Of a DNA stretch of 64,000 nucleotides, positions 28,588 to 37,448 are shown piece by piece. A model generated the notes under the pieces. It did no database searches. It saw only the letters and a program-made list of their open reading frames with translations, and was not told where the DNA came from. This stretch comes from Ferruginibacter sp. (lineage in GTDB: Bacteria > Bacteroidota > Bacteroidia > Chitinophagales > Chitinophagaceae): the NCBI GenBank assembly GCA_044225605.1, contig JBGAIJ010000005.1, forward strand, positions 82,704-146,703, in the 5' to 3' direction. A program made the position numbers and the translations under genes. The first letter of the stretch is position 1. Every line of letters starts with the position of its first letter.

Positions 28588-28622
28588 TTGAATGTTGGGT
28601 GTTGAAAATTGATTGTTGAATA
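28588..28622. repeat. Heptamer tandem array
   Basis: TTGAATG TTGGGTG TTGAAAA TTGATTG TTGAATA. Confidence 0.6.
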
Positions 28623-28649
28623 CTTTGCAACAAGCATTTGCTTTTCATG

Positions 28650-28729
28650 GCAGCATCGTTGTGAACTTGTTCTGTTCTTCTTTTCTTTCAGTGAAAGGAA
28701 AGAAGAATCACACTTCAACGGCATACCTT
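28650..28729 (-). repeat. Long form of the modular dispersed repeat with internal hairpin
   Basis: gcagcatcgttgtgaacttgttctgtt + hairpin cttcttttctttcagtgaaaggaaagaag + aatcacacttcaacggcatacctt. Flanks match the 35684 copy. Confidence 0.75.
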
Positions 28730-28793
28730 TGTTCATTATTACAGAATTTTACTTTTAGAATTTAGGTTTTAATTTTTTAGAATTTTCTTTCCA

Positions 28794-29678
28794 ATGTATT
28801 ACATCATTTATCCATTACTATACCTTGTATCGCTGCTGCCATTTTTTATTTTATATGGCATAAGTGATTTTATAGCTTTTTTACTGTACCATGTAATTGG
28901 TTACCGGAAAAATGTGGTGCTGCATAACTTAAGTATTGCCTTCCCGGAAAAAACGGAACAGGAGCGAAAGCAAATTGCAAAAAAATTCTACCGTTACTTT
29001 ACCGATACGTTTATAGAAACCATCAAATTCATTTCTATTTCAAAAAAGCAAATTGAAAAGCGCAGCACAGGCTCCTTTGAAATTATAAATGCACTCATAG
29101 AAAAAGGGTATAACATAAATATTATGGCGGGGCACCAGTTTAATTGGGAATACGCCAATTTGTTGTACGCTATGAATTTAAAAATTCCCTTTGTAGGTAT
29201 ATATATGCCTATAAAAAATAAAGCGCTGGATAAAATATTTTTTGATTTCCGCAGCCGCTATGGCACCATACTTATAAGCGCCACCGATTTCAAAAATAAA
29301 ATGCATGATGTTTTTAAAAGCCAGTATATGCTGGCACTGGCAGCAGACCAAAACCCCGGTGCACCCACATCAGGCTATTGGCTTAATTTTTTTGGCAGGC
29401 CTACACCATTTGTAACAGGCCCGGAAAAAGGCGCACTAAAAAATAATGCAGCGGTGGTGTATGTAGGCTTTAAAAAAGTAAAACGTGGGCACTATCATTT
29501 TGATGTTACGCTGCTGGCAGAGCGAAGCACTGATTTGCCAACCGGGGAACTTACCCGCCGCTACCGTGATGTTTTAGAACAAACAATAAAACAAGACCCT
29601 GCCAATTATTTATGGAGCCACCGCAGGTTTAAGTTTGAGTGGAAGGAGGAGTACCGGAGTTTGTGGATGGATAAGTAA
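28794..29678 (+). CDS. Lipid A biosynthesis acyltransferase (LpxL/HtrB family)
   Basis: N-terminal TM, HQFNWE acyltransferase motif, AADQNP, FFGRPT and YLWSHRRFK. Confidence 0.85.
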   Translation: MYYIIYPLLYLVSLLPFFILYGISDFIAFLLYHVIGYRKNVVLHNLSIAFPEKTEQERKQIAKKFYRYFTDTFIETIKFISISKKQIEKRSTGSFEIINALIEKGYNINIMAGHQFNWEYANLLYAMNLKIPFVGIYMPIKNKALDKIFFDFRSRYGTILISATDFKNKMHDVFKSQYMLALAADQNPGAPTSGYWLNFFGRPTPFVTGPEKGALKNNAAVVYVGFKKVKRGHYHFDVTLLAERSTDLPTGELTRRYRDVLEQTIKQDPANYLWSHRRFKFEWKEEYRSLWMDK

Positions 29679-29725
29679 AATAGATGTTAGTTAAGCAATC
29701 AAGAATGGTAAAAGTTAAATACTTT

Positions 29726-30322
29726 TCAGAATGGTGATTTGCATCGAAGACAGGTTTTTGAAGGGTTACAATATGAATCCATCACACACCCTCCCAAAGC
29801 GTATTCTCCAGGTTTTAACCCACCGATTTTTCCGTCTTCATTAAATATTGGGAGGCCATAAATAATAGGAACAACTTTGTCTTTTTTTCTACATTTTGGG
29901 CAGAATGCCCAATCCTTTGTTTTATCATAAGGGCATGTTACCATCAAATAAAATACCTTGTAATAATTGATTTGTGTGGCGATATCAGTACTTGAGTCAA
30001 TATCCTGACGTAAGCCATGAAAACCTAAATTCTTTATTTCTGGCATGATAAAATCGGCAATAATGCTACAGGACTTTGGAACTAAATTATTAAAAGAATA
30101 ATAGCCAGTAGAATCTGTTTTTGTTTGAAAAAGTATCTTGTATTTGATAAAGGTAAAATAATAAATATTAACAGTATCATCAGTATTATCCTGAGTAACT
30201 AAGTACACAGAAGAATTTGCTAAAGGCTTTTTAGTTTCTAAGTCACGCACTTTACCGCTGATTATTTGGGAGTAACAGTCCTGCATGAGGAATAATAGTG
30301 GTACAAGAATATGGATTCTCAT
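29726..30322 (-). CDS. Hypothetical secreted protein: carboxypeptidase-regulatory-like domain plus Cys-rich C-terminus
   Basis: ISGKVRD...TKTDSTGYYSF. C-terminal CPKC...PIIYGLP...GGC...CLRC. AT-rich. Confidence 0.65.
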   Translation of the reverse strand: MRIHILVPLLFLMQDCYSQIISGKVRDLETKKPLANSSVYLVTQDNTDDTVNIYYFTFIKYKILFQTKTDSTGYYSFNNLVPKSCSIIADFIMPEIKNLGFHGLRQDIDSSTDIATQINYYKVFYLMVTCPYDKTKDWAFCPKCRKKDKVVPIIYGLPIFNEDGKIGGLKPGEYALGGCVMDSYCNPSKTCLRCKSPF

Positions 30323-30382
30323 ATATGCACAATTGTGTCTTAAAATTAGAAAGCTTCATTAGGCCCAAACACTTAATACAAC

Positions 30383-31786
30383 TCAATTCAACACACTCTT
30401 ATCCTTTTCTGTCTTAATTTTCTTTTGTTCTTTTATTGCACTCCAGCCACCTAAAACATTCCTTAAATTATGTATTCCCTGCCGCTTCATTAAAGATGCA
30501 GCAATTACACTACGGTAACCACCGGCACAATGCACATATAAATTCTGGTTGTCTTCAAAATCTGCAATGCTGGCAACATCTGTCATTTCATTCAGCGGTA
30601 TATTTTGTGCATCTTTAATATGCCCATCGCCATATTCAGTTTCACGGCGTACATCCACTACAACAATATTTGGATCGTGTGGTAAATCCATTGCAAGTTC
30701 ATCAGCTTCCACGTTAATAATCATATCCACTTTTTCACCGGCTTTTTGCCATGATTCAAATCCGCCCTGCAAATAACCTTTCATTTTATCAAATCCCACT
30801 CTTGCCAAACGTATTACGGTTTCTTCTTCCTTACCGGTTTCGGTAACTAAAATCATGGGTTTATCAAATGGCAGCAAAGCGCCTGCCCATTCAGCAAAGC
30901 GGCCTTCCAGCCCAATAAAAATACTGCCCGGTACAAAGCCTTCGGTAAATTGCACAGCAGGCCTTGTATCTAAAAGCAATACATCATCTGCCAGCATTTT
31001 CTTTATATCTGCAACACTTAAAGCTGTTAATGCTTCTTCTTTCACTGCATCCAAACTTTCATAACCCTGCTGGTTTATTTGTGCATTAATGGCAAAGTAT
31101 TTAGGTGCATCACTTAAACCGGTGGTAACTGCTTTTATAAACTCATCACGTGTTTGAGGCTGTAATGCATAATTTGTTTTCTTTTCTTCGCCAATAGTGC
31201 TGAAAGTATTTGGGCCTAAATTTTTACCGCAACTGCTGCCTGCGCCATGTGCAGGGTAAACAATAATATCATCTGCCAATGGCAAAATTTTATTGTGAAT
31301 GGTATCGTACATAATACCTGCCAGTTCTTCGCTGGTTAAATTGCCACTGCTTAAATCGGGGCGGCCCACATCACCAACAAATAAAGTGTCGCCGGTAAAT
31401 ATGGCATAAGGCTTATCGTTTTCGTCACGCAGTAAATAACAGGTGCTTTCAATGGTGTGGCCTGGGGTATGCAGCACTTCAATAGTAACTTTGCCCAGTT
31501 TAAAAATTTCACCATCTTTTGCAATATGGGCTGTAAAACTGGTTACAGCACCGGGCCCGTAAATAATGGGTGCGCCGGTTTGTTTGCTAAGGTCTAAATG
31601 CCCGCTTACAAAATCGGCATGAAAATGTGTTTCAAAAATATATTTAATACCGGCATTGTTTTCTTTAGCCAGTATAATGTATTCATCAGTATCCCTTAGC
31701 GGATCAATAATGGCAGCTTCGCCTTCGCTTTCTATGTAATAAGCGGCTTCGCTTAAACAGCCGGTGTATAATTGTTTTATGAACAT
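30383..31786 (-). CDS. MBL-fold persulfide dioxygenase-like protein fused to two rhodanese domains
   Basis: THFHADF, HTPGHT, FTGDTLF and PAHGAGSSCGK. The second rhodanese domain has active-site HCAGGYRS. Confidence 0.88.
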   Translation of the reverse strand: MFIKQLYTGCLSEAAYYIESEGEAAIIDPLRDTDEYIILAKENNAGIKYIFETHFHADFVSGHLDLSKQTGAPIIYGPGAVTSFTAHIAKDGEIFKLGKVTIEVLHTPGHTIESTCYLLRDENDKPYAIFTGDTLFVGDVGRPDLSSGNLTSEELAGIMYDTIHNKILPLADDIIVYPAHGAGSSCGKNLGPNTFSTIGEEKKTNYALQPQTRDEFIKAVTTGLSDAPKYFAINAQINQQGYESLDAVKEEALTALSVADIKKMLADDVLLLDTRPAVQFTEGFVPGSIFIGLEGRFAEWAGALLPFDKPMILVTETGKEEETVIRLARVGFDKMKGYLQGGFESWQKAGEKVDMIINVEADELAMDLPHDPNIVVVDVRRETEYGDGHIKDAQNIPLNEMTDVASIADFEDNQNLYVHCAGGYRSVIAASLMKRQGIHNLRNVLGGWSAIKEQKKIKTEKDKSVLN

Positions 31787-31814
31787 TTGCGTAGTTTAGT
31801 TTATGCAAAAATAA

Positions 31815-31843
31815 AAAACGTCCCGCAAATAGCAGGACGTTTT
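31815..31843 (-). terminator. Intrinsic terminator after the ArsR gene
   Basis: Minus strand aaaacgtcctgc-tattt-gcgggacgtttttt, followed by a TATTTTTG promoter-like element for the next gene. Confidence 0.65.
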
Positions 31844-31862
31844 AACGCTTCGTAAAAAAAGA

Positions 31863-32210
31863 TTAACCTACCAGTTGCTTTACAAAAGTCTCAATTTCCT
31901 CAAGGCGTTTAAAGTTTACCGAGTAATAAATAAACTTACCATCACGTTGAGTAATTACAATACCGGCTTTACGTAAAATAGCCAGGTGTTGTGATGCTAC
32001 AGACTGCTCCAGGCGCAGACGCACATAGATTTCTGTAACAGTGATCTTTTTTTCTTCTTCAATCAGTTTTAATAACTGCTGACGCAATTTGTGGTTAAGC
32101 GCACGCAATACCATTGCAGCTTTTTTGCTGGCATGATAATCAAACGTGGTTGAAGAAATTGAACTGGTTTTTGCGGATGATGATCCGTGTGATTGTGTTG
32201 CAACCATCAT
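31863..32210 (-). CDS. ArsR/SmtB-family transcriptional regulator
   Basis: LRALNHKLRQQLL and QSVASQHLAILRKAGIV...RDGKFIYYS winged helix. Confidence 0.9.
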   Translation of the reverse strand: MMVATQSHGSSSAKTSSISSTTFDYHASKKAAMVLRALNHKLRQQLLKLIEEEKKITVTEIYVRLRLEQSVASQHLAILRKAGIVITQRDGKFIYYSVNFKRLEEIETFVKQLVG

Positions 32211-32334
32211 AAGGCTTTAAATTTTAATTATGCTTGAACAATATCTGTAACGTAAAAATATACAAACAATTGCTTATGCAACTATTTTTTAATCAAAATT
32301 TTTAAAAATGCCTTTTACAGATAGATATAATCTC

Positions 32335-33006
32335 TTACCCGTTGGCTTTAAACTCTTTAATATAAAAAGGGTCGGTATAAGCCAGGTTAGCAAAGCTTTT
32401 GTTGCTGTAATACTGGTAAGATAATGCAGCAAACGCCACTGGTAATTGTTCCAGTTGAAGAAATAATGCGTTTGCATTATTTATAACAGGTTTCCATTTT
32501 GCTGCACCATTGCCTGTAAATAAAAGTGTATTGTGTTGCAAATAACCGGCAAAAGAATTCTCGTCAAGTATTAACGCACAAGGCGGCATCACTTCTTGTA
32601 AAGCAATATTATAAACTGCTGTAAACACTTCCATTCTTCTTGCATCAATCATGGGGCAGTACAAAATATTTTCGTCACTCATTTGCAGGGTGGCAGCTTT
32701 AGCCATTACTGCCAATGTATTAACAGCAATAAAAGGTTTATTAAGTGCATAGCAAATTCCTTTTGCACTTGCCATGCCAACACGAATGCCTGTATAAGAA
32801 CCCGGTCCGGCAGTTACAGCAACAGCTTTTATATCAGCAAAATTCAGCCCTGTATCCTTTAGCGCCTGTTCTATTGCAGGCTGCACAAATGCAGCATGGT
32901 CTTTTTGTACTTCGTTTACCAGTTTGTACAGCAATGTTCCGTTTGCAGCAATGGATATATGTGCTGTTTCTGTAGCTGTATCAATATTTAAAATATAGTT
33001 CATCAT
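32335..33006 (-). CDS. tsaB: tRNA threonylcarbamoyladenosine biosynthesis protein
   Basis: ILNIDTAT, AGPGSYTGIRVG and DARRMEVF. Confidence 0.93.
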   Translation of the reverse strand: MMNYILNIDTATETAHISIAANGTLLYKLVNEVQKDHAAFVQPAIEQALKDTGLNFADIKAVAVTAGPGSYTGIRVGMASAKGICYALNKPFIAVNTLAVMAKAATLQMSDENILYCPMIDARRMEVFTAVYNIALQEVMPPCALILDENSFAGYLQHNTLLFTGNGAAKWKPVINNANALFLQLEQLPVAFAALSYQYYSNKSFANLAYTDPFYIKEFKANG

Positions 33007-33611
33007 TGTGTAGCTGCTGCTGTTAATGCAGGCGCAGGTGTGTAACGGGTATCAGTTTCGCTCAGTTTTTTCAGTAATTCATACACATTGGTAATACCAA
33101 TTTTGTCTGCCCATTCAAAAGGGCCATAGGGGTAATTAGTGCCCAGTTTCATAGCGGTATCAATAGCAGTCTTATCGCTTATTGCATCCCCTAAAGCAAA
33201 ATAAGCTTCGTTAATAATCATTGCCACAGTGCTGCCTGCAATAAAGCCGGGCTCGTCTTTTACGGCAATAATGCGTTTGTTTATCTGCAGTAAAATATTT
33301 TCAGCAGTTGTTGTTATTTCACCTGCAACTTCCCACAGTGGCCGTTGTAAAAAAGTATGCCAGCCATTTATCCGCAAAACATTTTTTGGCATACGCATAT
33401 ACAGCAGGGTATTTGTTACGCTGTTAATAAAAACAGGTTTGTCCGTTGCTGAAAAATCTGTTGTGATAATATTCTTCAAAATAAAAAAGGCAGCTGCATT
33501 ATCATATGCACTCAATAAAAAAGGATTTGCAGCTCTTACCCATTCCACGCCGGCAGTAACTGTTGCCAGTTCCTTCCATTGTTCATCTTCCGCCAGTACT
33601 ACTAATTGCAT
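33003..33611 (-). CDS. 3-hydroxyacyl-CoA dehydrogenase C-terminal-domain protein
   Basis: DEPGFI...MIINEA...IDTAMKLGTNYPYGPFEW. No GxGxxG Rossmann motif. Confidence 0.7.
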   Translation of the reverse strand: MQLVVLAEDEQWKELATVTAGVEWVRAANPFLLSAYDNAAAFFILKNIITTDFSATDKPVFINSVTNTLLYMRMPKNVLRINGWHTFLQRPLWEVAGEITTTAENILLQINKRIIAVKDEPGFIAGSTVAMIINEAYFALGDAISDKTAIDTAMKLGTNYPYGPFEWADKIGITNVYELLKKLSETDTRYTPAPALTAAATQ

Positions 33612-33679
33612 GAAAAATATTTTTGCAAAAATAGGTGGTTGTAAAAAGATATATTTGCATTTAGCACAAATAAAAAATT

Positions 33680-34060
33680 ATGGCAAAAAAAATTATCAAT
33701 ACAACTAATGCGCCGGCCCCAATTGGCCCTTACAACCAGGCAGTGCAAACAGGCAATTTATTATTCATATCTGGCCAGGTGGCTTTAAAACCCGGCAGCG
33801 GCGAACTGGCTATGGCAGATATTACTGAAGAAACACACCAGGTAATGCAAAACCTGAAAGCTATTTTATCCGAAGCTTCTATGAATTTTGATAATGTAGT
33901 GAAGACAACAATTTTTTTAAGTGATATGGCATTGTTTGGCCAGGTAAATGAAATTTATGGCAAATATTTTAGTGGAGATTTTCCGGCAAGGGAAACGATT
34001 GCGGTAAAAGGACTGCCTAAAAATGTAAATGTTGAAATTAGTATGATTGCAGCAGGATAA
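33680..34060 (+). CDS. ridA: RidA-family imine deaminase
   Basis: [25 protein letters not shown] and LPKNVNVEI. Confidence 0.9.
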   Translation: MAKKIINTTNAPAPIGPYNQAVQTGNLLFISGQVALKPGSGELAMADITEETHQVMQNLKAILSEASMNFDNVVKTTIFLSDMALFGQVNEIYGKYFSGDFPARETIAVKGLPKNVNVEISMIAAG

Positions 34061-34074
34061 AATTGCTGAAGAAA

Positions 34075-35016
34075 ATGGCTACTACACAAAATGAAAAACT
34101 GGTAATTGTTACTGCAAAAGTACACAGCTATTTAGTTGAAAGACTTGAAAGCAAACAATACCAGGTTTTATACAGCCCCCAAATTTCTTACAACGAACTA
34201 TTGGCTTTAATTGATAAAGCAGCAGGGCTTATTGTAACCACACGTTTAAAAATTGATAAAGCAATTTTAGATAAGGCCGTTAATTTAAAGTGGATAGGCC
34301 GCCTGGGCAGCGGCATGGAATTAATTGATGTGGAATATGCACAGGCAAAGGGCATTACCTGCGTTAGCAGCCCCGAAGGTAACCGCAATGCAGTGGCTGA
34401 ACATGTATTGGGATTGCTGTTAAACCTGCTGAATAAAATAAACAGCAGTGCTGCACAGGTAAAAAATGGTGAGTGGATAAGAGATGCCAACCGCGGCACA
34501 GAATTAACCGGCAAAACTGTAGGTATTATTGGTTATGGAAATACCGGCGGAGCATTTGCAAAACTGCTTGCAGCTTTTAATGTTACCGTACTGGCTTACG
34601 ATAAATATAAATTTGGTTTTGGCGGTGGTTATATTAAAGAAGCCAGCCTGGAACAAGTGTGCCGCTATGCAGATGCTATAAGTTTTCATGTGCCGCTTAC
34701 AGACGAAACATACCATATGGCCAATGCTGATTTTTTTAATGCTTTGCAACAAAAGCCATACATACTAAATGCATCAAGAGGTAAAGTGGTGAATACAGCT
34801 GCACTAATTACGGCATTGCAGCAAAACCAAGCAGCAGGTGCAGGGCTGGACGTACTTGAAAACGAAAAATTGGAAACATATACCGATACTGAAAAGCAGC
34901 AACTTGCATGGCTTAGCAACCAGCCCAATGTAATTATTACGCCGCATATTGCAGGCTACAGCCACGAAGCTTTTTATAAAATGAGCGAAGTAGTGCTGGA
35001 AAAGCTCGGAATTTAA
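34075..35016 (+). CDS. D-isomer-specific 2-hydroxyacid dehydrogenase (short SerA-like)
   Basis: [15 protein letters not shown]-type motif, LDVLENE and ITPHIAG. ATG at 34075 (the ORF track starts at TTG 34063). Confidence 0.85.
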   Translation: MATTQNEKLVIVTAKVHSYLVERLESKQYQVLYSPQISYNELLALIDKAAGLIVTTRLKIDKAILDKAVNLKWIGRLGSGMELIDVEYAQAKGITCVSSPEGNRNAVAEHVLGLLLNLLNKINSSAAQVKNGEWIRDANRGTELTGKTVGIIGYGNTGGAFAKLLAAFNVTVLAYDKYKFGFGGGYIKEASLEQVCRYADAISFHVPLTDETYHMANADFFNALQQKPYILNASRGKVVNTAALITALQQNQAAGAGLDVLENEKLETYTDTEKQQLAWLSNQPNVIITPHIAGYSHEAFYKMSEVVLEKLGI

Positions 35017-35040
35017 AATTTTCGCTATTTTTGTAATACA

Positions 35041-35079
35041 TGCAACGCCTTGGACATTCCGGGGCGTTGTATTTTTTTT
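35041..35079 (+). terminator. Strong hairpin plus U-tract upstream of greA
   Basis: tgcaacgccttgga-cat-tccggggcgttgta then tttttttt. TATTTTTG at 35026-35033 lies just upstream. Confidence 0.7.
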
Positions 35080-35101
35080 CTCTTTACTAAAAAGAAATTT
35101 T

Positions 35102-35575
35102 ATGAGCGGAACGAATTATGTAACACAGGACACGTTTGAAAAAATGAAGGCAGAGCTGCAGCATATGAAAGGAGTGGACCGTCCGGCTGCCAGTAAAGCC
35201 ATTGCAGAAGCCCGTGAAAAAGGCGACTTAAAAGAAAATGCCGAGTATGATGCAGCCAAAGAAGCACAAGGGATGCTGGAAGCTAAAATAAAATACCTGG
35301 AAGGCGTTATTGCAACTGCACGTATACTGGACGAAAGCAATATTGATACCAGTAAAGTAAGCATACTTACCAAAGTAACATTAACCAATTTAGGCACTAA
35401 AAAGAAGGTTACTTACCAGATAGTATCAGAAAAAGAAGCAGATTTAAAAGCAGGTAAAATTTCTGTTACTTCACCCATTGGCAAAGGATTGCTTGGTAAA
35501 GAAGTGGGTGAAGAAGCAACAATTACTGTACCCGCAGGTGTATTAAAATTTAAAATAGAAGATATTACTGCATAA
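35102..35575 (+). CDS. greA: Transcription elongation factor GreA
   Basis: AREKGDLKENAEYDAAKE and ISVTSPIGKGLLGK. Confidence 0.96.
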   Translation: MSGTNYVTQDTFEKMKAELQHMKGVDRPAASKAIAEAREKGDLKENAEYDAAKEAQGMLEAKIKYLEGVIATARILDESNIDTSKVSILTKVTLTNLGTKKKVTYQIVSEKEADLKAGKISVTSPIGKGLLGKEVGEEATITVPAGVLKFKIEDITA

Positions 35576-35589
35576 AACTTTTAAACAGT

Positions 35590-35623
35590 AAAAAAGCCTG
35601 CCCAAACTGGGCAGGCTTTTTTT
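35590..35623 (+). terminator. Intrinsic terminator after greA
   Basis: aaaaaagcctgccc-aaact-gggcaggcttttttt. Confidence 0.85.
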
Positions 35624-35683
35624 ATTATTCCAGGCGAAGTGACGAAGCTGCTTATTTTTTGTTACCAGCATTTGTTCCTTGAT

Positions 35684-35765
35684 GCAGCATTGTTGCGAAC
35701 TTGTTCTGTTAAAATTTAGTTTTGCGAAAACTTGATTTTAATCAATCACTTCAACTGCATACCTT
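35684..35765 (-). repeat. Long form of the modular dispersed repeat with a different internal hairpin
   Basis: gcagcattgttgcgaacttgttctgtt + hairpin aaaatttagttttgcgaaaacttgatttt + aatcaatcacttcaactgcatacctt. Confidence 0.75.
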
Positions 35766-35835
35766 TTTTCAACTTTTATTGCAGCGTATTTATTTAGTGC
35801 CATGTCTTTTAATTAAATTTATAAAAACATACTGA

Positions 35836-36225
35836 ATGACGATCTTCTCCAAAATAATTGCCGGGCAAATACCCTCTTATAAAATTGCAGAGAACGAACA
35901 GTTTTATGCTTTCCTGGATATTTTTCCTTTAGTGGAGGGCCATGTACTGGTGGTACCCAAAACAGAAACCGATAAGTTTTTTGATTTGGAAGACGCTTAC
36001 TTAAGCCAGTTGCTGCTGTTTGCAAAACCTATTGCACATGCCATTGAAAAAGCATTTGACTGCAACCGCTGCGGCATAAGTGTTGTAGGGCTTGAAGTGC
36101 CACATGCACATTTACACTTGCTGCCCATTAACGAAGCAGATGATTTAAATTTTACACGGGGAAAATTAAAACTGAGTGCAGAAGAATTGAAAAATGTGCA
36201 GGAAACTATTTTGAGGTATTTATAA
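35836..36225 (+). CDS. HIT-family nucleotide hydrolase
   Basis: TIFSKII, FLDIFP...GHVLVVPK and VPHAHLHLLP histidine triad. Confidence 0.92.
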   Translation: MTIFSKIIAGQIPSYKIAENEQFYAFLDIFPLVEGHVLVVPKTETDKFFDLEDAYLSQLLLFAKPIAHAIEKAFDCNRCGISVVGLEVPHAHLHLLPINEADDLNFTRGKLKLSAEELKNVQETILRYL

Positions 36226-36246
36226 TCAATAACCGAATCACCAATC

Positions 36247-36750
36247 ATGCGTATTCTTCTTGTCTTTTCTTTTTGCACACTTTTTTGTTTTCAAGTTTTT
36301 GGTCAAAAAAATATAAAGTTTTCAAAACTTAAATATGACAGTGTGAGAATGTATGATTTTGAGGGAGGTAAAGGAACAGATTTATACATTATTAATGAAA
36401 AGGGAGGCCTTGCGAAAAACATCAAAAAGCAAACTGTATTAAAACAAGCTGAAATTGTAGCACTCAACCAACGCCTTAATAATAAAAAATCATTTGGTTG
36501 GCCAACAGCTGCCTGTTTCGATCCGCATTTAGGGTTTGTGTATTATCGAAAGGGGAAGGTAATAGCTCATGTTACTATTTGTCTGGATTGTAACCGTTTG
36601 CATTCCAGTATAACTATACCCGAACAACAGCAAGGTAAAGTGGGTAAAGGCGAAGCTGCTTATTATATTAGCGATGGATTAAGCAGTGGGTTTAGAAATT
36701 ATTTGAACAAACTTTTAGTGCGATATAAATTTTCACACCAGATTAAATAA
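36247..36750 (+). CDS. Hypothetical secreted protein
   Basis: Signal peptide ending VFGQ, ACFDPHLG and ICLDC. No family recognised. Confidence 0.6.
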   Translation: MRILLVFSFCTLFCFQVFGQKNIKFSKLKYDSVRMYDFEGGKGTDLYIINEKGGLAKNIKKQTVLKQAEIVALNQRLNNKKSFGWPTAACFDPHLGFVYYRKGKVIAHVTICLDCNRLHSSITIPEQQQGKVGKGEAAYYISDGLSSGFRNYLNKLLVRYKFSHQIK

Positions 36751-36753
36751 ATT

Positions 36754-37440
36754 TCATCCCACCACCAATCTGAAACCAACGCCATGTATCGTTTCTAACG
36801 ATATTGAAGGATCGGCTTTTAAATGCTTGCGCAGTTTGGTAATAAAAACATCCATGCTGCGGCCTAAAAAATAATCATCTTTACCCCACACATTTAATAA
36901 TACTTCTTCACGTTTTAAAATTTTATTGGGGTGCAGGGCAAAAAATTTAAGCAGGTCGGCTTCTTTTTGTGTAAGGGAACTGGTGCTGCCGGCACCGGTT
37001 ATTTTTAAATTATGGTATACAAATTTTAAACTGCCTATTGCATATTCTTCTGCAGCATCGCTCTGCAGTTTTTTTGTGCGGCGTAAAAAAACTTCCATAC
37101 GCAGCAGCAGTTCCTGCATGCTAAAGGGTTTTATAATATAATCATCTGCCCCGGTTTGAAAACCTTTTATACGGTCCTCTTCAAGGCTTTTGGCAGTGAT
37201 AAATAAAACTGGTATTACATCGCTTTGCTGCCGTATTTTTTTTGCAAGTGAAAAGCCGTCTCTAACAGGCATATTCACATCCAGCAAACAAATATCAAAA
37301 TCTTTTTTTTGAAACTGCTGCCAGGCGGCTTCGCCATCCGCACAATGTGTTACTTCATAACCGGCATCCTGCAAATTATCTTTAATAACAAAACTCAGGC
37401 TCATGTCATCTTCTGCCAGTAAAACTTTTGCCTTGCTCAT
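36754..37440 (-). CDS. OmpR/PhoB-family response regulator
   Basis: LLAEDD, LLDVNMP, GADDYIIKPF and RSMDVFITKLRK...ETIHGVGF. Confidence 0.93.
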   Translation of the reverse strand: MSKAKVLLAEDDMSLSFVIKDNLQDAGYEVTHCADGEAAWQQFQKKDFDICLLDVNMPVRDGFSLAKKIRQQSDVIPVLFITAKSLEEDRIKGFQTGADDYIIKPFSMQELLLRMEVFLRRTKKLQSDAAEEYAIGSLKFVYHNLKITGAGSTSSLTQKEADLLKFFALHPNKILKREEVLLNVWGKDDYFLGRSMDVFITKLRKHLKADPSISLETIHGVGFRLVVG

Positions 37441-37448
37441 GGTATAAT

